Counted from the stretch's first letter, positions 23,890 through 37,460 are shown. The stretch is 64,000 bases of DNA from the human T2T-CHM13v2.0 reference genome, Homo sapiens (GCF_009914755.1 NC_060927.1), one strand, 5' to 3'. The notes: generated by a model not told the origin, from the letters alone. Made by a program: numbers and translations.

Positions 23890-24420
23890 GCAGGAGCTCA
23901 GATCTAAACACATCCCCCGGGTTACTACAGCAGTCTCCCAACTTTTCTCCCCAATAAGTGCTACAGCCAGAGTTATTTTTATAAACCATAAACCTGACTG
24001 TCACTTTAAAGACTTCAGTGAGCACCCAAACTGGCCCATAGGCGCCCCCACCGCACCCCCTCCCCGCCCTGAAGTTTGGCTGGCCCCACCCATCTCCCCA
24101 GCCTCTGTCGCACCTCTACCCAGCACACTCCCTCTGGCCCAGGCTCAGACACTCATTTGGTTTCCCAAGCTCTCCCAGGCCTCGGTGCTTTTAACTGCTG
24201 CTCCTTCTTCTGGAAAGGCACCACCCGCTTCTCACAGACAACCCTTCCGCCCTCATTTCAGTAATGGTGACCTCTGTGGGACTGTCATCAATGTCTGCAA
24301 GCAGTCAGGGTGGCATTTCTGGGCTGCGTAGTGCCCTCCACTCGCCTCAGTCAGGGTGCTTAGCTCACTGATTATAGTGGTTTGTTTACAGGTCTCCCTC
24401 CCTCATAGACCTAAGCTAGG
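23890..24420 (+). mobile_element. L2 fragment
   Basis: CAGCAGTCTCCCAACT...CAGCCAGAGTTATTTTTATAAACCATAAACCTGAC...TTTGTTTACAGGTCTCCCTCCC. Confidence 0.65.
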
Positions 24421-24425
24421 GTCAT

Positions 24426-24512
24426 CTATCCTATTCTATTCTATTTTATTTTTTTCTAATTCACTCCACTCTCCTCTACTTCATTGCATTCTATTCTATT
24501 TCATTCCATTCA
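24426..24512. repeat. Degenerate (ATTCT)n low-complexity tract
   Basis: CTATTCTATTCTATT and CATTCTATTCTATTTCATTCCATT. Confidence 0.6.
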
Positions 24513-24629
24513 AGATGGAATTATTATGAGATAATACAAGAAAAGTGTTTAGAACAGTGTCTGGCACAGAGCAAGCACTAAATATTGTCTATTATCTGCT
24601 GTCTTATATATTAATTTAAAAAATTTATG

Positions 24630-24955
24630 TATTCGTTATTCAATGAATATTAATTGTGTACCTAGTACAAACCAGCCTCTGTGTTAGGTGCTGCAGGTTC
24701 AAGAACAAATAAAAGCAGACATTGACTCTGCCATTCCAGAGCATCCCAGGCCGAAGGAACGGCCTGTGTAAAGGGCCTATGGAGGAAGGGTGAAGCATGG
24801 CTAGTCAGAGAGGCTGAGGAAAGCCAGTGCCACAACAGCAGAGAGAGAAAGGAATAGGTGAGCCAGATTGGGCAGTGAGTCAATAGAGTTCTATTTTAAA
24901 AATAGTAAGAGGCTACTTACTGAATTCAGGCTAATATCACCAGATTTGCATTGCC
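24630..24955 (-). mobile_element. L2 fragment
   Basis: CTGTGTTAGGTGCTGCAGG...CCCAGGCCGAAGGAACGGCCTGTGTAAAGGGCCT...CAGATTTGCATT. Confidence 0.7.
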
Positions 24956-25029
24956 CAGGATTGGGAACAGTGAAAATATCTAGTAAAAGCTGTTTGAACG
25001 AATAGATGATGCATTAGTGTGTGAATTAA

Positions 25030-25610
<581 letters not shown>

Positions 25611-26974
25611 GTGGATGGGTAGATGGAGGAACAAACTTTTGCTAATGAATCACCCAGGGAATGAGAAGGCTTATCTTGAGTCGCATCTCTAATTATGAAG
25701 ATTGTTCCAGTTACTTCTCTACATGTGTGTCATCAGTGTTCTTCAATTCTCATTAGAGTCACTTAATTAGAGGTAATGCAATTAAGCCTGGTTCTGTTTT
25801 CTGCAGTTCATCCAGACTCAGAGTGCTTTCCCTTTCTCCCATGCAGTATAGGGATATCTTCCCCAAATGCTTGGAAGCCATGCAGATGTTTATTTTTAAT
25901 GAGAGGGCCAGGATATGCATCTAAGGTCTTCTCCCAGTAGCTGTTTCCTCTGTGCTAGTTTTTCTAACAAGTCATTATTTTGAGATCCTAGGTGAGCTTT
26001 ACTTTACCAGTCGGAATCCCAGTTACACAAAACTAAGCGACTTCTTCCCTTTTGGCATGTATGGATTCTGCACAGTGTGGCCTTCCTTGCTGATGGCTGG
26101 TTTGAAGAGCTGGCGCTTGGCCATTCACTTGTTAGCACTGGGCCCTTGACCTGCTCTATCATTATCGCATCTGAGGAATCTTTTTTCTCTTCCTTTTTCT
26201 TTCAAGTAGTTTTTCCCCAAGGAAATATACCAACAGCTTTGACAGCCATGGTTATCATCTTTCGTCTACAATTCTTTCTGTAGAATTTGAGCTGTGAGCA
26301 TGTGTGAAGTAACTGCTCTGCATCAGAAGCATGCAAGAAAGTCTACGCCTTCTTTTAAAATAATGAGAAATACAGAAGCTGGACACCTCTGGGTCTCTTC
26401 TTCTATCATGTTGTTAGCATTGTCAGGAGCCAGGATAAGCCAGTGTGTTGCAATCAGCAGCAAAGTGAACTCTGTAAAACCACAATGAAATTGTAATTAA
26501 TTTGAGTCAAGGAAAAAATTGGAGGTTTTCAGAGAAACATAATTTAGTTTGCCTTGGTTTCTGAGTCTGACAGTAGTTACATGGGAGAAAGAGAGATGGA
26601 AATTTGCATTTGTTTTGAAAATTGAGAGCAAAACCTTTAAAGGGTTGACATTTTCAGCAATTGGAGTATTTGTTAGCTTGTCTGCAAAGGTCTTCGACCG
26701 AATCCTGAACAATTTCTATTTTGTGTTATTGGTATATTTGTTAATTTCTTTTTGAACATAAGAAAACATTTTAAAGAAGCAATGCAAGGATTCTGGTGGA
26801 GCAAAAGTTTAGGCAATTATATTCACTGAATCAAGTAATGTGCCATTCATGGTTCTACGTACTGGGGATATAAAGATGGCTGAATCTGACACTGCCTGTA
26901 CTATCCAGAAACCCTATTTTGGTAGAAAAGTCCCCCCCAAAAAAACCATCAGTGGAACAAATTGTTTTACAGCT

Positions 26975-27130
26975 CTTTATTGAACCCCTCCCCATGTCAG
27001 ATGTCCTAAATTTCATGCTGCTTAATCTTCATAATAACACTGAAAATTAGAGACTATTAGTTCCTTTTACAGAAAAGGAAACTGAGACTCAGAGCTTTCT
27101 GACTCCAAGACCCATAGCTTCTGCAAATCA
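26975..27130 (-). mobile_element. MIR SINE
   Basis: TTAATCTTCATAATAACACT...TTTTACAGAAAAGGAAACTGAGACTCAGAG. Confidence 0.75.
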
Positions 27131-29819
27131 CCACACAGCCGTGGTACCCTGACAGGAGGCTAAAAGGGGAGGAATTTTTTTTCCACCTAGGGAGGGCCCT
27201 CACGAAAGACTCCATAGAATAGATGGCAGTTCAGTGGAGTGCAGTGTCATTTTGAATTCTATGACAAATTACTGCTGAGAGAGGCCAAAAGCAGAATAGA
27301 GCTGAGAGTGCCTAGAGGAGGTGGCAGTTGCGGTCACTGCTTTGGAAGACTCACAAATGGGTAATAAAGTTGTAGCAAAGGGGCATAATGATTCCAAGAG
27401 TGAAATGATGCAGAGCTTGACAGTGAAGCTTTTACAGCTTCCCAGTGCATCTATACCAGCTACTGAGAGGCTATTTCTATACTCACAAAGTGAAGTGTGT
27501 CATGGGTAAAAAGTCCAGACATCATAATGACTTTGTGACACAAAGCGCAGTGCACTGATCTCCAAATCATAGCAAATGCACAGGCAAATTTTTCTGCCAT
27601 TGCCTCAGGCCTTTGGGAAGGTGACATCTGCCAGTTTGGGAATATTGAGGGCAGGTCAAAGTGGAAAAAACAGGAACAGGCCCCACTTTTTGGCGTTGTC
27701 CCCTTTGACCTGCCCCAGTACCAGTTCCTCTGGTAGCCACAAGGCCAAAGGACTAGAGTGGGTAGTATACAGTGGTTCAAGGAAATGATGTGCTTTGTGT
27801 GACTGGGAGTTTTGACAGCAGTGAACTCTACCATTTGTAGAGCAAACATTGGTTCATGACAGACCCTGGACATTTCCCTGTCTCATGCAATCATCACAAC
27901 AATCCCATAGGTGTTTTCTTCTTATTTCTGTCTTCCAGTTGAGAAACTAAATAACTATCCTCAAAGCCAAGCTCCTAGGAAAAAGTTGGGTAAAGATAAA
28001 ATATCATGGGTTTAATTCAAAGCCAAGCACTCTTTCAAGTGAAAGACCCCAGGCCTCCTGACGTGTTGCCTCCCTTACTTGCTACCTTGGACTTGTTTCT
28101 ATTATCATGGTTTAAATGCCAAGACCCCTGGGACAGGGAAGATATTAGGTTATCCCCTTGAGCCCATGACTCTGCATGCATTGTTTCTTGTGCCTCCTAC
28201 CTGTCCTGCTCCCGTTATACTGGATGAGAGCTGCTAACTCTCAAGATCCCACCCATGTGCCACTCCCCTAGAGGCCTCATGGGACTTCTGGAGTGGTAGA
28301 GTTAGATGCTCTCCTCTGCCCCCATGATACCCTGAAGTATCAGCCAGTGCTTTTTTTTTTCTTTAAATAAGCCACTTTTAAAACATAAAACAAACAACAA
28401 CAAAAATAGGGGCTTTTGCATACGAATCTGGATTTCTAATCTTTGAGTAAACCCAGAATATGTGGGAACTGGGACCCAACCATCATTTTGAGTCTAATAG
28501 TGGACACTCCCTTAAGAAGGAGCTTGTGCTGTTCACCATGGTTCCCACCCCTCCCTATTTTACTTACATCAGGCCCACTCATTGGTTTAGTGGTGGCCTG
28601 GCTCCTGGGGACATTGGTGTAACTATCTATGTAAATGTCTATCTCCCTAAAGGAAGGAATCCTCCTTCCCTCAGGGAAGGGCCCCATGGTTTCATTCATG
28701 AACAACCTCTGGCACAAAGCAAGCACCAGAGAAATATCCTTGAGGGATCCCATGGTTGCATTAAGTTTCTCTGGTCTCATTTAAATGAGAGAGTTAGATC
28801 ACTTTCCAGCCTATGCCAAGGCAGTTATTAGAGTGTCCTGAAAGTTGTGAGTGCTTGCTGGCAAGGAGCAGAAATAAAGCACTGCTGATGAGGGAAGGGA
28901 GGATGGCCTTCACCCACATCCGTGGATCCTGCTCAGAGCTCCAAATCTGCACATGCACCAACCAGATTCGGAAGCTGTGGAAGTGATCTATGACCTAAAT
29001 AAATGAAAATGTGTGTAAAATGATGGGAAACCCTTGAAACAGACCCTTCCAAAAGTCCAGTTATGCACAACACCTGCGATCTCCCAGCCAATCACGAATC
29101 CTGTAATTGGGAAAGGTGTATGCCAAGAGGATTTACTTAGAAGAAACTGTGTCAGCCCTAATTAATGACTCCAGAGCAATCAACCAGGCTTCTCTGATTT
29201 AAAGCCCCACAGACCAATCCATGTTAATTGAATTTGATTGTATTTGCTATTTTAATTAGTAGGCTAATTATGAAAATGTTTATTTGTTCATTTGGATGCC
29301 ATTATCCTCTTACTACTGTGGCTTTTCTGCCTTCCACGTGGGCCAAATGTGAGACCTTCCATTGTTTCCTTGCTCAGTCCTTTAGTTGAAAACTGGTTTT
29401 TAACTAGTAAAGGAAGATTAAAAGGTTCAGGTGTCCTAGAGATGCTCCACAGAGTGGCTGTTACTTGAATGTGGGGCTCCCTCTAGCAATTTGTCTTCCA
29501 GGAGGACCCAAATGCCTTTTCTGTCTGAGCAAAAGTCCTAATCAGAGCTGGTATCTTTTAACAAGAGCACATCCCTCCCGTTATAATCAGTTTCCAAAGC
29601 AGGAGCTATCGGCTTAGCATGGCACAGTGTCAGGGTAGAGGGTAGGTAGGATAAAAGGTGGAGCGTGTGTGGCCTCTGCCTCCAGATGGTTTCTGTCTCT
29701 CCAAGGCAATTGATCAGAGAGAGGGGAGCTTAGTGGAAGGAGAAGCAGTCAGGATGGACTTTCAGAAGATAGTGCATTTACCCTTGTTCTAATTCTGAGG
29801 GAACTGGGAGTTTTTAAAA

Positions 29820-30085
29820 TCATTCACTCATTTGGTAGGCATCTGCTGAGTGCTGGCTGTGCATTGGGCTCTGTGCTAGGTGCCAGAGGTACTGTGATAA
29901 ATGAAACCCAGCCATGCTCTTTACAGCCCAGCTGGGGATAGATAGATTAGCATATGATTACCATTCAGTGCAAGCAGTGAGGTGAAGGAGGGAAGCCAGC
30001 ACAGGAGGCTGGCATGAGGAATGGGACTTCACCCTGCATGAGAGGTAGAAACTCCTAATCTCAAGTCCTAGAGGGGAAGCAAGAT
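29820..30085 (-). mobile_element. L2 3' fragment
   Basis: TCATTCACTCATT...CTGAGTGCTGGCTGTG...CTGTGCTAGGTGCCAGAGGTAC. Confidence 0.7.
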
Positions 30086-31739
30086 CATGCCAGTGCCAAC
30101 AATGACAGCTGTTTGAGCTTAGGTGAGCCTTGGATGTATCTCATAGAATCGTGATCAAGTCCAAATTCAATAGCATATATCAGGGGCCAACCATGATGCT
30201 AGTACAAGTAGGCACCTGCTAAACAGTGCCCACACTCTTGCAATTATTTCATTTCTTTTCCATGAAGCTCCTTCTTCTGCTACCCTGTCTTCTTTTCTTA
30301 ATACCTCTTGGTGTCTGTGTCATTGTTTTGCCTCTTGGTGGCATGCCATTTTAATCATCAGTTCATTCTGCTGGTATGTCAGTTTCTTAAGGCCAGGGAT
30401 TGTGTCTCAGATCTCTCAGGGTCGTGTGGGATACAAGCAGGTGCTTGGTGAATACCTGCTGGGGGTGATTAAGAGAGAGGCTCACACATTTCCCACAGTG
30501 GGTAGTAATGTGTGACCAGAAGCTGTAATTGCCTTGGAGGCAAGTGATATTCTAATCTGTCACTGTGTTTGTGAAGTTAATATTTCATTTCACATAGTGG
30601 AGGCATTGCTAAATTGTTATACCACTCAACTTTTGAAGAGACACCTCATATTAATCTCATCAAACTACTCCAAGTTTTAAACTCACTGTGAATGCAAATA
30701 AAGCCTGCCATGAAATAATGCAGGGTAGGCTGTCAATATACTGATGGGGAAATTGTCTCATTTTAGGGACAATTCCAGAACATTAAGAAAATTCATTCGT
30801 GGTGTTAGGCAGAGTCATAATAAAGTGAATCATCAGAGGTATTTCCAGTTGAGAGTTTCAGTGATTTCCCAGATTAGTGGATCCTCTGGGAACAATGCTT
30901 CTTTATAATGATGCTAAGACCTTAAAAAACAAACAAAAAAACAATCTTCATGAATTATACCAAAGGAGTGTTGAGTGGACCAGATGGCTCAGTTATAAAG
31001 AGGATTGTTGCTCCTTGCATCATCCTTTGAATGTGCAGGTGGGAAAAGTTCAGGGACTCTTCTCGGGGAGCTCATTTAATAAGTTTCCTCAAGTGGTTGG
31101 AAGCCATAGCTTCCTGATGCAACCTCAGCTGCAAAGACCAAAGAAGTAGGGAGTGAGTCTTCAGCAGCCATAGACCTGCTGGCAGCCTCCCAACCAGGCC
31201 TGTCTTCTGAGAGTGTCCCTCCCTTAGCTGCAGTCCACTGGAGGAGTGTGCCTTCTGTAAAAGTTCCTACAGCCTGTTGGCCACAGGACCCCAATTCCAG
31301 TGTGAGACCCATAAGTGACCACTGTCAAGATTCACCAACCTCTCCAGACTTTGTTTCTCACCTGCAAAACAGAAATTCTGTCTTTACTTGTTCAGGAGTA
31401 CTGAGGCTCAAATGGGAACCTAACTTACTCTCTGAATACTATAAAGGTTTTTGACTGTTACCTGACTCAGTATACAATTGTTAGAGAAATGAATAAACAT
31501 TGGAATTCATATTAAAGATGTAACTGTTTTCTTCTCCCTCACATGTAGTACCAGATTTGTTAGCTCCTTAGGACGCCTCTCTGTGCCTCCCCCAGTTTTG
31601 TAATTTTTATAATCAAGGCTTTTAGAGACTGCATCACCTCATTACAATAAGATCATGCATTAATTGCTCGCTATATGAAGGTCAGGACCACCTTGTGCTG
31701 CTGTGCAGGCAGTGCATCATATCAATAGTGCCCGCTGGT

Positions 31740-31940
31740 GTCATGCACCTCATTCATTACATTGTGAGCCAGCGCACATTACCGCTGTATGGGGTAGGAA
31801 CTATTACTTTTCCCATCTTAGATGAGGATAGTAAGATACAAAGAAATTAGGTGACATGTCCAAAATAGCTCACATTGTAAATGATGGAGCCACGGTGCCT
31901 GGCTCCAGAGGTAATAGTCTTAACACCTGCACCATATCAT
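31740..31940 (-). mobile_element. MIR SINE
   Basis: CTATTACTTTTCCCATCTTAGATGAGGA...GTGACATGTCCAA...TCTTAACAC. Confidence 0.65.
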
Positions 31941-32764
31941 CTCTCAGGCAGTCTTCTGGGAATGGTTTTACCCAGGTAAGCTAAGGTGCATTGGGCAAAG
32001 ACAGACGTGTGGTCCAGTGACAAGCCAAGGCCATGAGACACAGGGAAGGGAGCATGAGCCATGATGAAGTGGCAAGGAGGGGCTCGGAAATATAAGTAGT
32101 GAGATGAATCCCAATGGTTGTGGGGAGAGCAAAGGATAGGGTCAGGTTCAGTAAAGACAGAGCAGGTAGATCAGGAATTTGGGTTTTCAGACAAAGGGCG
32201 ATGTCAGGATGCTGGGTTTATGCAGAAGCTCCTGGTACTTAGCAGAGTAGAGCAGCTATTGAAGAGCCCCTCTCGTATGTCTATGTCTAGGAGATTATCA
32301 AGGGCCCCCTCAGGTCTCAGGCTGTAACCTAAACATTAGTGATTAACTGTGCAAAGTTTGCTACTGCTAAAAGGTGATGATTTTCTTCATGCTATTGGCT
32401 AAACAGACTTTGGCATAAATGTCTCCAAATGCTAGAGTTCTAGGTACTTACCGTGATGCAGGAAAGGGTCTGGAAACCTGAGGGTCCTTATTGGAGCCAC
32501 CAGTCTGTGCTGGGAGATCTTAGGTGTTATTTGGAAAGCATACTTTTAGTGCCTACTTTGTACCTAAGCTTGTGCTAAATGTTGAGGAGGAGTCCAGAGA
32601 AAGAGTAAAGTGGAGAATTTAAACTTTAAAATAATTATTATAAGTAATCCATCCTGCAAAACAATCTGTCCTCTGAGTTCTTGGAGGACAATCTTGATTT
32701 ACTTTTCTTCCCTTCAATGAAGGTGAATTGTAAAATTTCTGCATATTACTGTGAGAATCCATAA

Positions 32765-32910
32765 ATAAGAATAATTAAGAGTTTGGACTCTGGAGTTAAA
32801 TTATCCCTGAATTTTATACTGTTTACTAACTATATAACTTTGGGCAAATTAACTACTCTCTTAATCCTCAGTTTCTTGATTAGTAAAATGAGAATGATAA
32901 TAGTCCTAGA
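32765..32910 (+). mobile_element. MIR SINE
   Basis: TTAAGAGTTTGGACTCTGGAG...CTTTGGGCAAATTA...CCTCAGTTTCTTGATTAGTAAAATGAGAATGATAATAG. Confidence 0.8.
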
Positions 32911-32914
32911 TCGA

Positions 32915-33430
32915 TTAGGATTTTTCTGAGTGTAAGAGTAATTCTAACTTACCCTGAATTTGGAATTAAGAAAATGTCTTGTTTCATACTACAAGACACC
33001 TAGAGCCAGGGTGGGCAAATCCAGCAGCTCAGTGATAGCATCAGGGACCCAAGTCTCCCTGTCCCTCTGCTCAGGCATCTTAAGCATGGGTGCCATGCTG
33101 AGGGTGAGTTCCCTGAGATCCTAAAGTGGCTGCCAGTGGTACTTGGGTCTGCGTGCCTCTTTGTTCTTGCCCAGCATGATAGAACAGGAGAATCAATTCC
33201 TCTGGCCCTGGCACATGTGTCCTTAACCTCAGTCTGTCTGAGCCATGGTCATGAAAATCTTTCAATTGAGTGACAGTGAGCAAAAGAATGCCGTACACCA
33301 ATTTGCTTCTTAAGTAATCAGGCTGCCCCTGTAGGGTTAGGGAAGGGCTAGCTTCAGAACAAATCAGGATCTAATTAGGAAGTGGGATAGGAAATGGATG
33401 CTGGGAAGGCAGCCAGCAACAGCATCCACA
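32915..33430 (-). mobile_element. Old MaLR LTR (MLT1K/L-like)
   Basis: CAGCAGCTCAGTGATAGCATCAGGGACCCA...AGTGGCTGCCAG...ATGGATGCTGGGAAGGCAGCCAGCAACAG. Confidence 0.7.
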
Positions 33431-36079
33431 GGTACCATGATAAGAGGTTTGTCAGGAATAGAGAGATGACACATGGAAGGTTCTGAGCATGTGCCTTAGC
33501 ATGACCATAGATCACTCTAATAATAAGCAAAGGTGCAAACCCTTCTAGGAATTTCTTTCTGTCTCTGCTCCAAATAATAATCATTTTGCTCTTTTGAAAC
33601 ATGCCCCAGGCACAGCACCCTGCTGATGCTCTGGAGAAGTGGCAACTCAGTCACCTCCCCTCAGAGAAAAGGCTGCTCTTGCTGCAAACAACTCGCAGCT
33701 GCTTTATGGCTTTTCCATTTTATTGCAAGTGCATTCCCAGCAGTCTCTGAACACTGTATTCCAGTGTCCTAAACAAACGTCCTTGTCATGCCATGAGAGG
33801 CATTTGCATCTGAAGTGTCACCTGGGATCATAAAGTATGGCCAGGTCTGACTGCTAACCACCATGCATTGTGGCTTCTGGAAGCTCAGCTTCTCTGACAA
33901 CCCTTGTGCTCAGGTTACCTTCAGGAGCTCTGCATGGTGCAAGCCAGCCGTGAGACCTAAAGAACCTAAGAACTCCATGCACAGAGGACAACTGCCCTCC
34001 TGGAGAACGTCACAGACTCTGGGCACTGGGGGGCCTTGTCAGAGTTCACTTCCATTTTCAGTTTTCAGGTAGAGATTGGGGCACTGGGTCAAGGAAAGTT
34101 AGGAAAGGGAGTTTCAGTCATGGGTTTAAAAAGGAAAGTAACAACCTGATCACCTCCCCCTAGAAGAAGGAGAAGAGTGAGCGATAGGACTAATAAGGAA
34201 AATGATAAACTGATGACACAGTCCTGACTTAGTGACTGTCAGATGCTACTGGGCATACTTTTTACCTGTTGGCACTGAGCAGACACCTCAGGCCAGTGGG
34301 GCTGCTGACAGTAGGGTGACACCGAGCAGGCCTGACCTGCAGCCATGTAATGCCCATGCTTCCATTGTATTTGTGTTTTTTTTGCGGGGGGGGGCAGGGG
34401 TCAATACACATATTATTATTGTATTATATGTATTTATATGCATAATGTATGTATTGACTATTGACTCCCCCTTCCAAAAAAAAAGAAAAAAAGGATACAG
34501 GAACAAGTTCATTGTTAGCTGGAGCCCTGAACCATGTCAAAAGCAGGAAAAGACCATTTTGAGGGATGCAACTACAGCCTCAAGCAGTTTCAGAAATGCA
34601 AACATAGACAGCGGCAGTGAGGGAAGGCAGGAACAGAAGACAAGGCAAGTCTCTGAGAGCCTGAGTTTGTTACGTTGGCTTGTTCATTTGATAAGAGGTG
34701 AACAGAGGGGACAGCAAATAAGACCTGGAGTAACTTCACTGGGTGCCAGAAGTAACCCTCCACCCAGTGGTACCATACAAAGGATGTGCTGGGAGTATCA
34801 AGGAATGCTCTCTCATCTTTCGCGGGGTATGGGCTGAAACTGACGGGCTTGGTTATGAAAGGTAAAGGGCAAGGTGCCCTAGCTGACTGCTTGTGAGAGG
34901 TTGTGGGAAAAGATAGCTTCCCTTGGCTGTATGATTCTATTCTGGGCAGAGTGCAGCTTGTTCCAGGAAAAGGGGCTTTGGAGCCTTGAAGAAGAGTTAG
35001 AAAGGGTCTAGCCCTGGACTCTCCATATCCATAGGCGCAGAGTAAATCTAACCCCATGCTCAAGCCTCCTAAGCCTGCCTCTGTCCTCACTGACACACCT
35101 TCAGCACCACCTTTGACCAGCTCTGTCAATCTCCTATGTGATTTCCTGCCAGGTGAGCATGTGTCCCTCAGCCCCTTGGACCTTTGAAGCTCCCAGGAGT
35201 GGCCTGTATTGTCCAGTCTTGGCACTGCCTTCTTCTCCCCTTGCTCCCTACACCCTCAGGTGTGGATTCATGCTCAGGTCCCCTGCCCTAAGCTGGAGAG
35301 AGACCACTGGGGACCCTCCAAGCTAATAATGTAACACCCCTGCAAGCTGATAGTCCTTAAATTTTTGCTGCACATTTTAGCAGTGAGGATAAGGGCAGGG
35401 AGGGGGAGGACCTGAGGAGGTACACACCCCACCAAAACCCTGGAGCCCTCAGATAACCCGAGTTCCCCTCCTAAGAAGGCAGTTAGGAGGCATCCATGAT
35501 TCCTCAGCCCCACAACATCCCCCAGAGTTTATCAGATTGTCCTCTCTGAAAAAAGTTCTTGGGAATACGCTTTTCCCCCATTTCTGCTATTTTAATGTCT
35601 AGTACAGACTGGCACCCAAGGTACCATCTCTGTTCCAGCTTCCTTGAGAACGCAGGCTCGTAGGAAAGGAGGACTGAAGGCTGCAGCCTTGTGTAGTACA
35701 GGATCAGCACTTGGACCAGAGCATCCTCAGCTGGTGTTTGGCTGCAGGGCAGATGCCAAGGCCCTCACTGTCACTCTCTACCACCCTCTGTAGCTCCATC
35801 TCTTCAGACCTCAGGGCCCCAGGGGAAAGGTAGCCCTGGGACAGGCACCTTGCTCAGGGGCAGAGTGTTAGTCATAGCTCAGTTCCAGAACAAGCACTTT
35901 GTCAGCAAAAGGAAAGAAACAGAACTACAGTGTTGGGGAGAGGCAGGGCTTCCCTGGCCTGGGTAATGCATTTCTGGTCTCCATCAGGTGGCCTGGCCCA
36001 GCATCTGGCAGCAACGGACCAACCTGAACACTGAGATGGAAACCAACACAGAGTTATTTTCTTGTGCATCATTTGGGAG

Positions 36080-36350
36080 TCATTGAATAAACATGTATTG
36101 AGCACCTAGTCCCATGGCAAGCTTCATGCTGAGGACTAGGGATAGAAACACAAATATACAGTTTCTGCTTAAAGGACCTCAGATGCTGGTGGGGGAGATG
36201 GAGGACAAGAGAGCCAAATGTGACGCAGAGCAAGAGGTGCTGAGTAGGAATCATTTCAAGGGATTGTAGACAGAGGAGGAACCTCAAATCATCCCAAGGA
36301 TAAGTGGTCAGGGAAATTTCTACAGCAGATGTCAATGTACTGAGTCTTTT
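36080..36350 (-). mobile_element. L2 3' fragment
   Basis: CATTGAATAAACATGTATTGAGCACCTA...CAGTTTCTGCTTAAAGGACCTC. Confidence 0.7.
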
Positions 36351-36912
36351 AGAATAAGCCATTTGCTTTTATTTCTGTTGAACCTTAAAAACACATTAAC
36401 AGAAAGATTTCCTCTAATGCAGGTTGTGAAAGAGACAGTGTTTGAAAGAGAAGGCACTTTGTATTTTAGACTCACACAACAACTGGAATGCTGTCACTCC
36501 TAGAATCTCAGAGTCCTGGTTGTAAAGCCTCTGAGGGATTTCTGGGTTACAGAACTCTGAGATAATCAGTGAATCAAAAAATAAATCTCCTATTTGCAAA
36601 CCAGCATCATTGCCATGTGAAATCCTGTTTCTCTAAGCAGAAGTTTCTCACCCCCAGAAAATCATGTACATTATCTGAATTAAAATCTAAGGGAGAAATA
36701 AAAAACATACCTCATGCTGGGTTGATTTTCTCTAATGATCTGATCCATGCCGCTTTTTTGGGTGGGAAGTTATTACAACCATAAATATTTGTAATTCTTT
36801 CTCTGATGTATTATATTTGTTAACAGCGCCACAGGGTAGATGCTGCGCTTGAGAACATAAGCACATTGAATGGTGGGGACTAAAGAAAGAAAGCCAGGAA
36901 ACGGAGGGGTTC

Positions 36913-36994
36913 TGTCCTTGAGCAGGCCTCCCCAGCAGTGGCTTCCCAGCAGTGGGTTCCCACAGCAGTGGGCTTCCGGGGTTCTTCCTGAGCA
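36913..36994 (+). repeat. 82-bp dispersed direct repeat, copy 1 (inferred donor)
   Basis: Identical to 39039-39120 except G36941 versus A39067. Confidence 0.98.
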
Positions 36995-37059
36995 CTGGAG
37001 TAGGGGGCTTTACGGAGGGCGTTCTGGACCACTGGTCAGGGAACTTGGATTCTAGTTCA

Positions 37060-37460
37060 GCCTCTGATGCCAGCTGGCATTGTGCTTTTGGACAGAACAG
37101 TTAGAAGTCTGGACCCGTCTCCTCTTCCACAGGTTATACAAGGGAAGATAAAATAAGTTAGTATGCAAAGAGATTTTATAAAGCAGTAAGCTCCACACAT
37201 GCACATCTCAACAAAGGGTTTGTAAGCTAAGCAAGCTACCCACTTCCTCTTCAGCCTCATAGATAAAATGATTGGCATTCTTCACTTCTGTAATCCGCAA
37301 GGCTTTAGACTCAGACAAATATGGATTAAAATCCCAGTTCCATGATCTGGGGCAAGTTGCATAGCTCCTCTGATATTCAGTCTCTTCATCTGTTCAGTGA
37401 GGGGAATTACTATTCTACTAAAGATAAAGTATGTAATATATTTTATAAATGGTAGTCATT
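37060..37460 (+). mobile_element. Two MIR fragments
   Basis: TTCTAGTTCAGCCTCTG...; AGACTCAGACAAATATGGATTAAAATCCCAG...GGGCAAGTT...CAGTCTCTTCATCTG. Confidence 0.65.

Noticed and set aside
23470-24350. CpG island or promoter
   Set aside because: CpG density is only mildly raised, well below island level
34232-35225. The two longest ORFs (201 aa plus, 211 aa minus, overlapping)
   Set aside because: No recognisable domain; the plus ORF starts at GTG and runs through homopolymer and AT-rich low-complexity tracts; lengths are compatible with chance in 64 kb
35981-35993. CTCF-like CCATCAGGTGGCC
   Set aside because: Two mismatches to the core consensus and no supporting context; cannot be called from sequence alone
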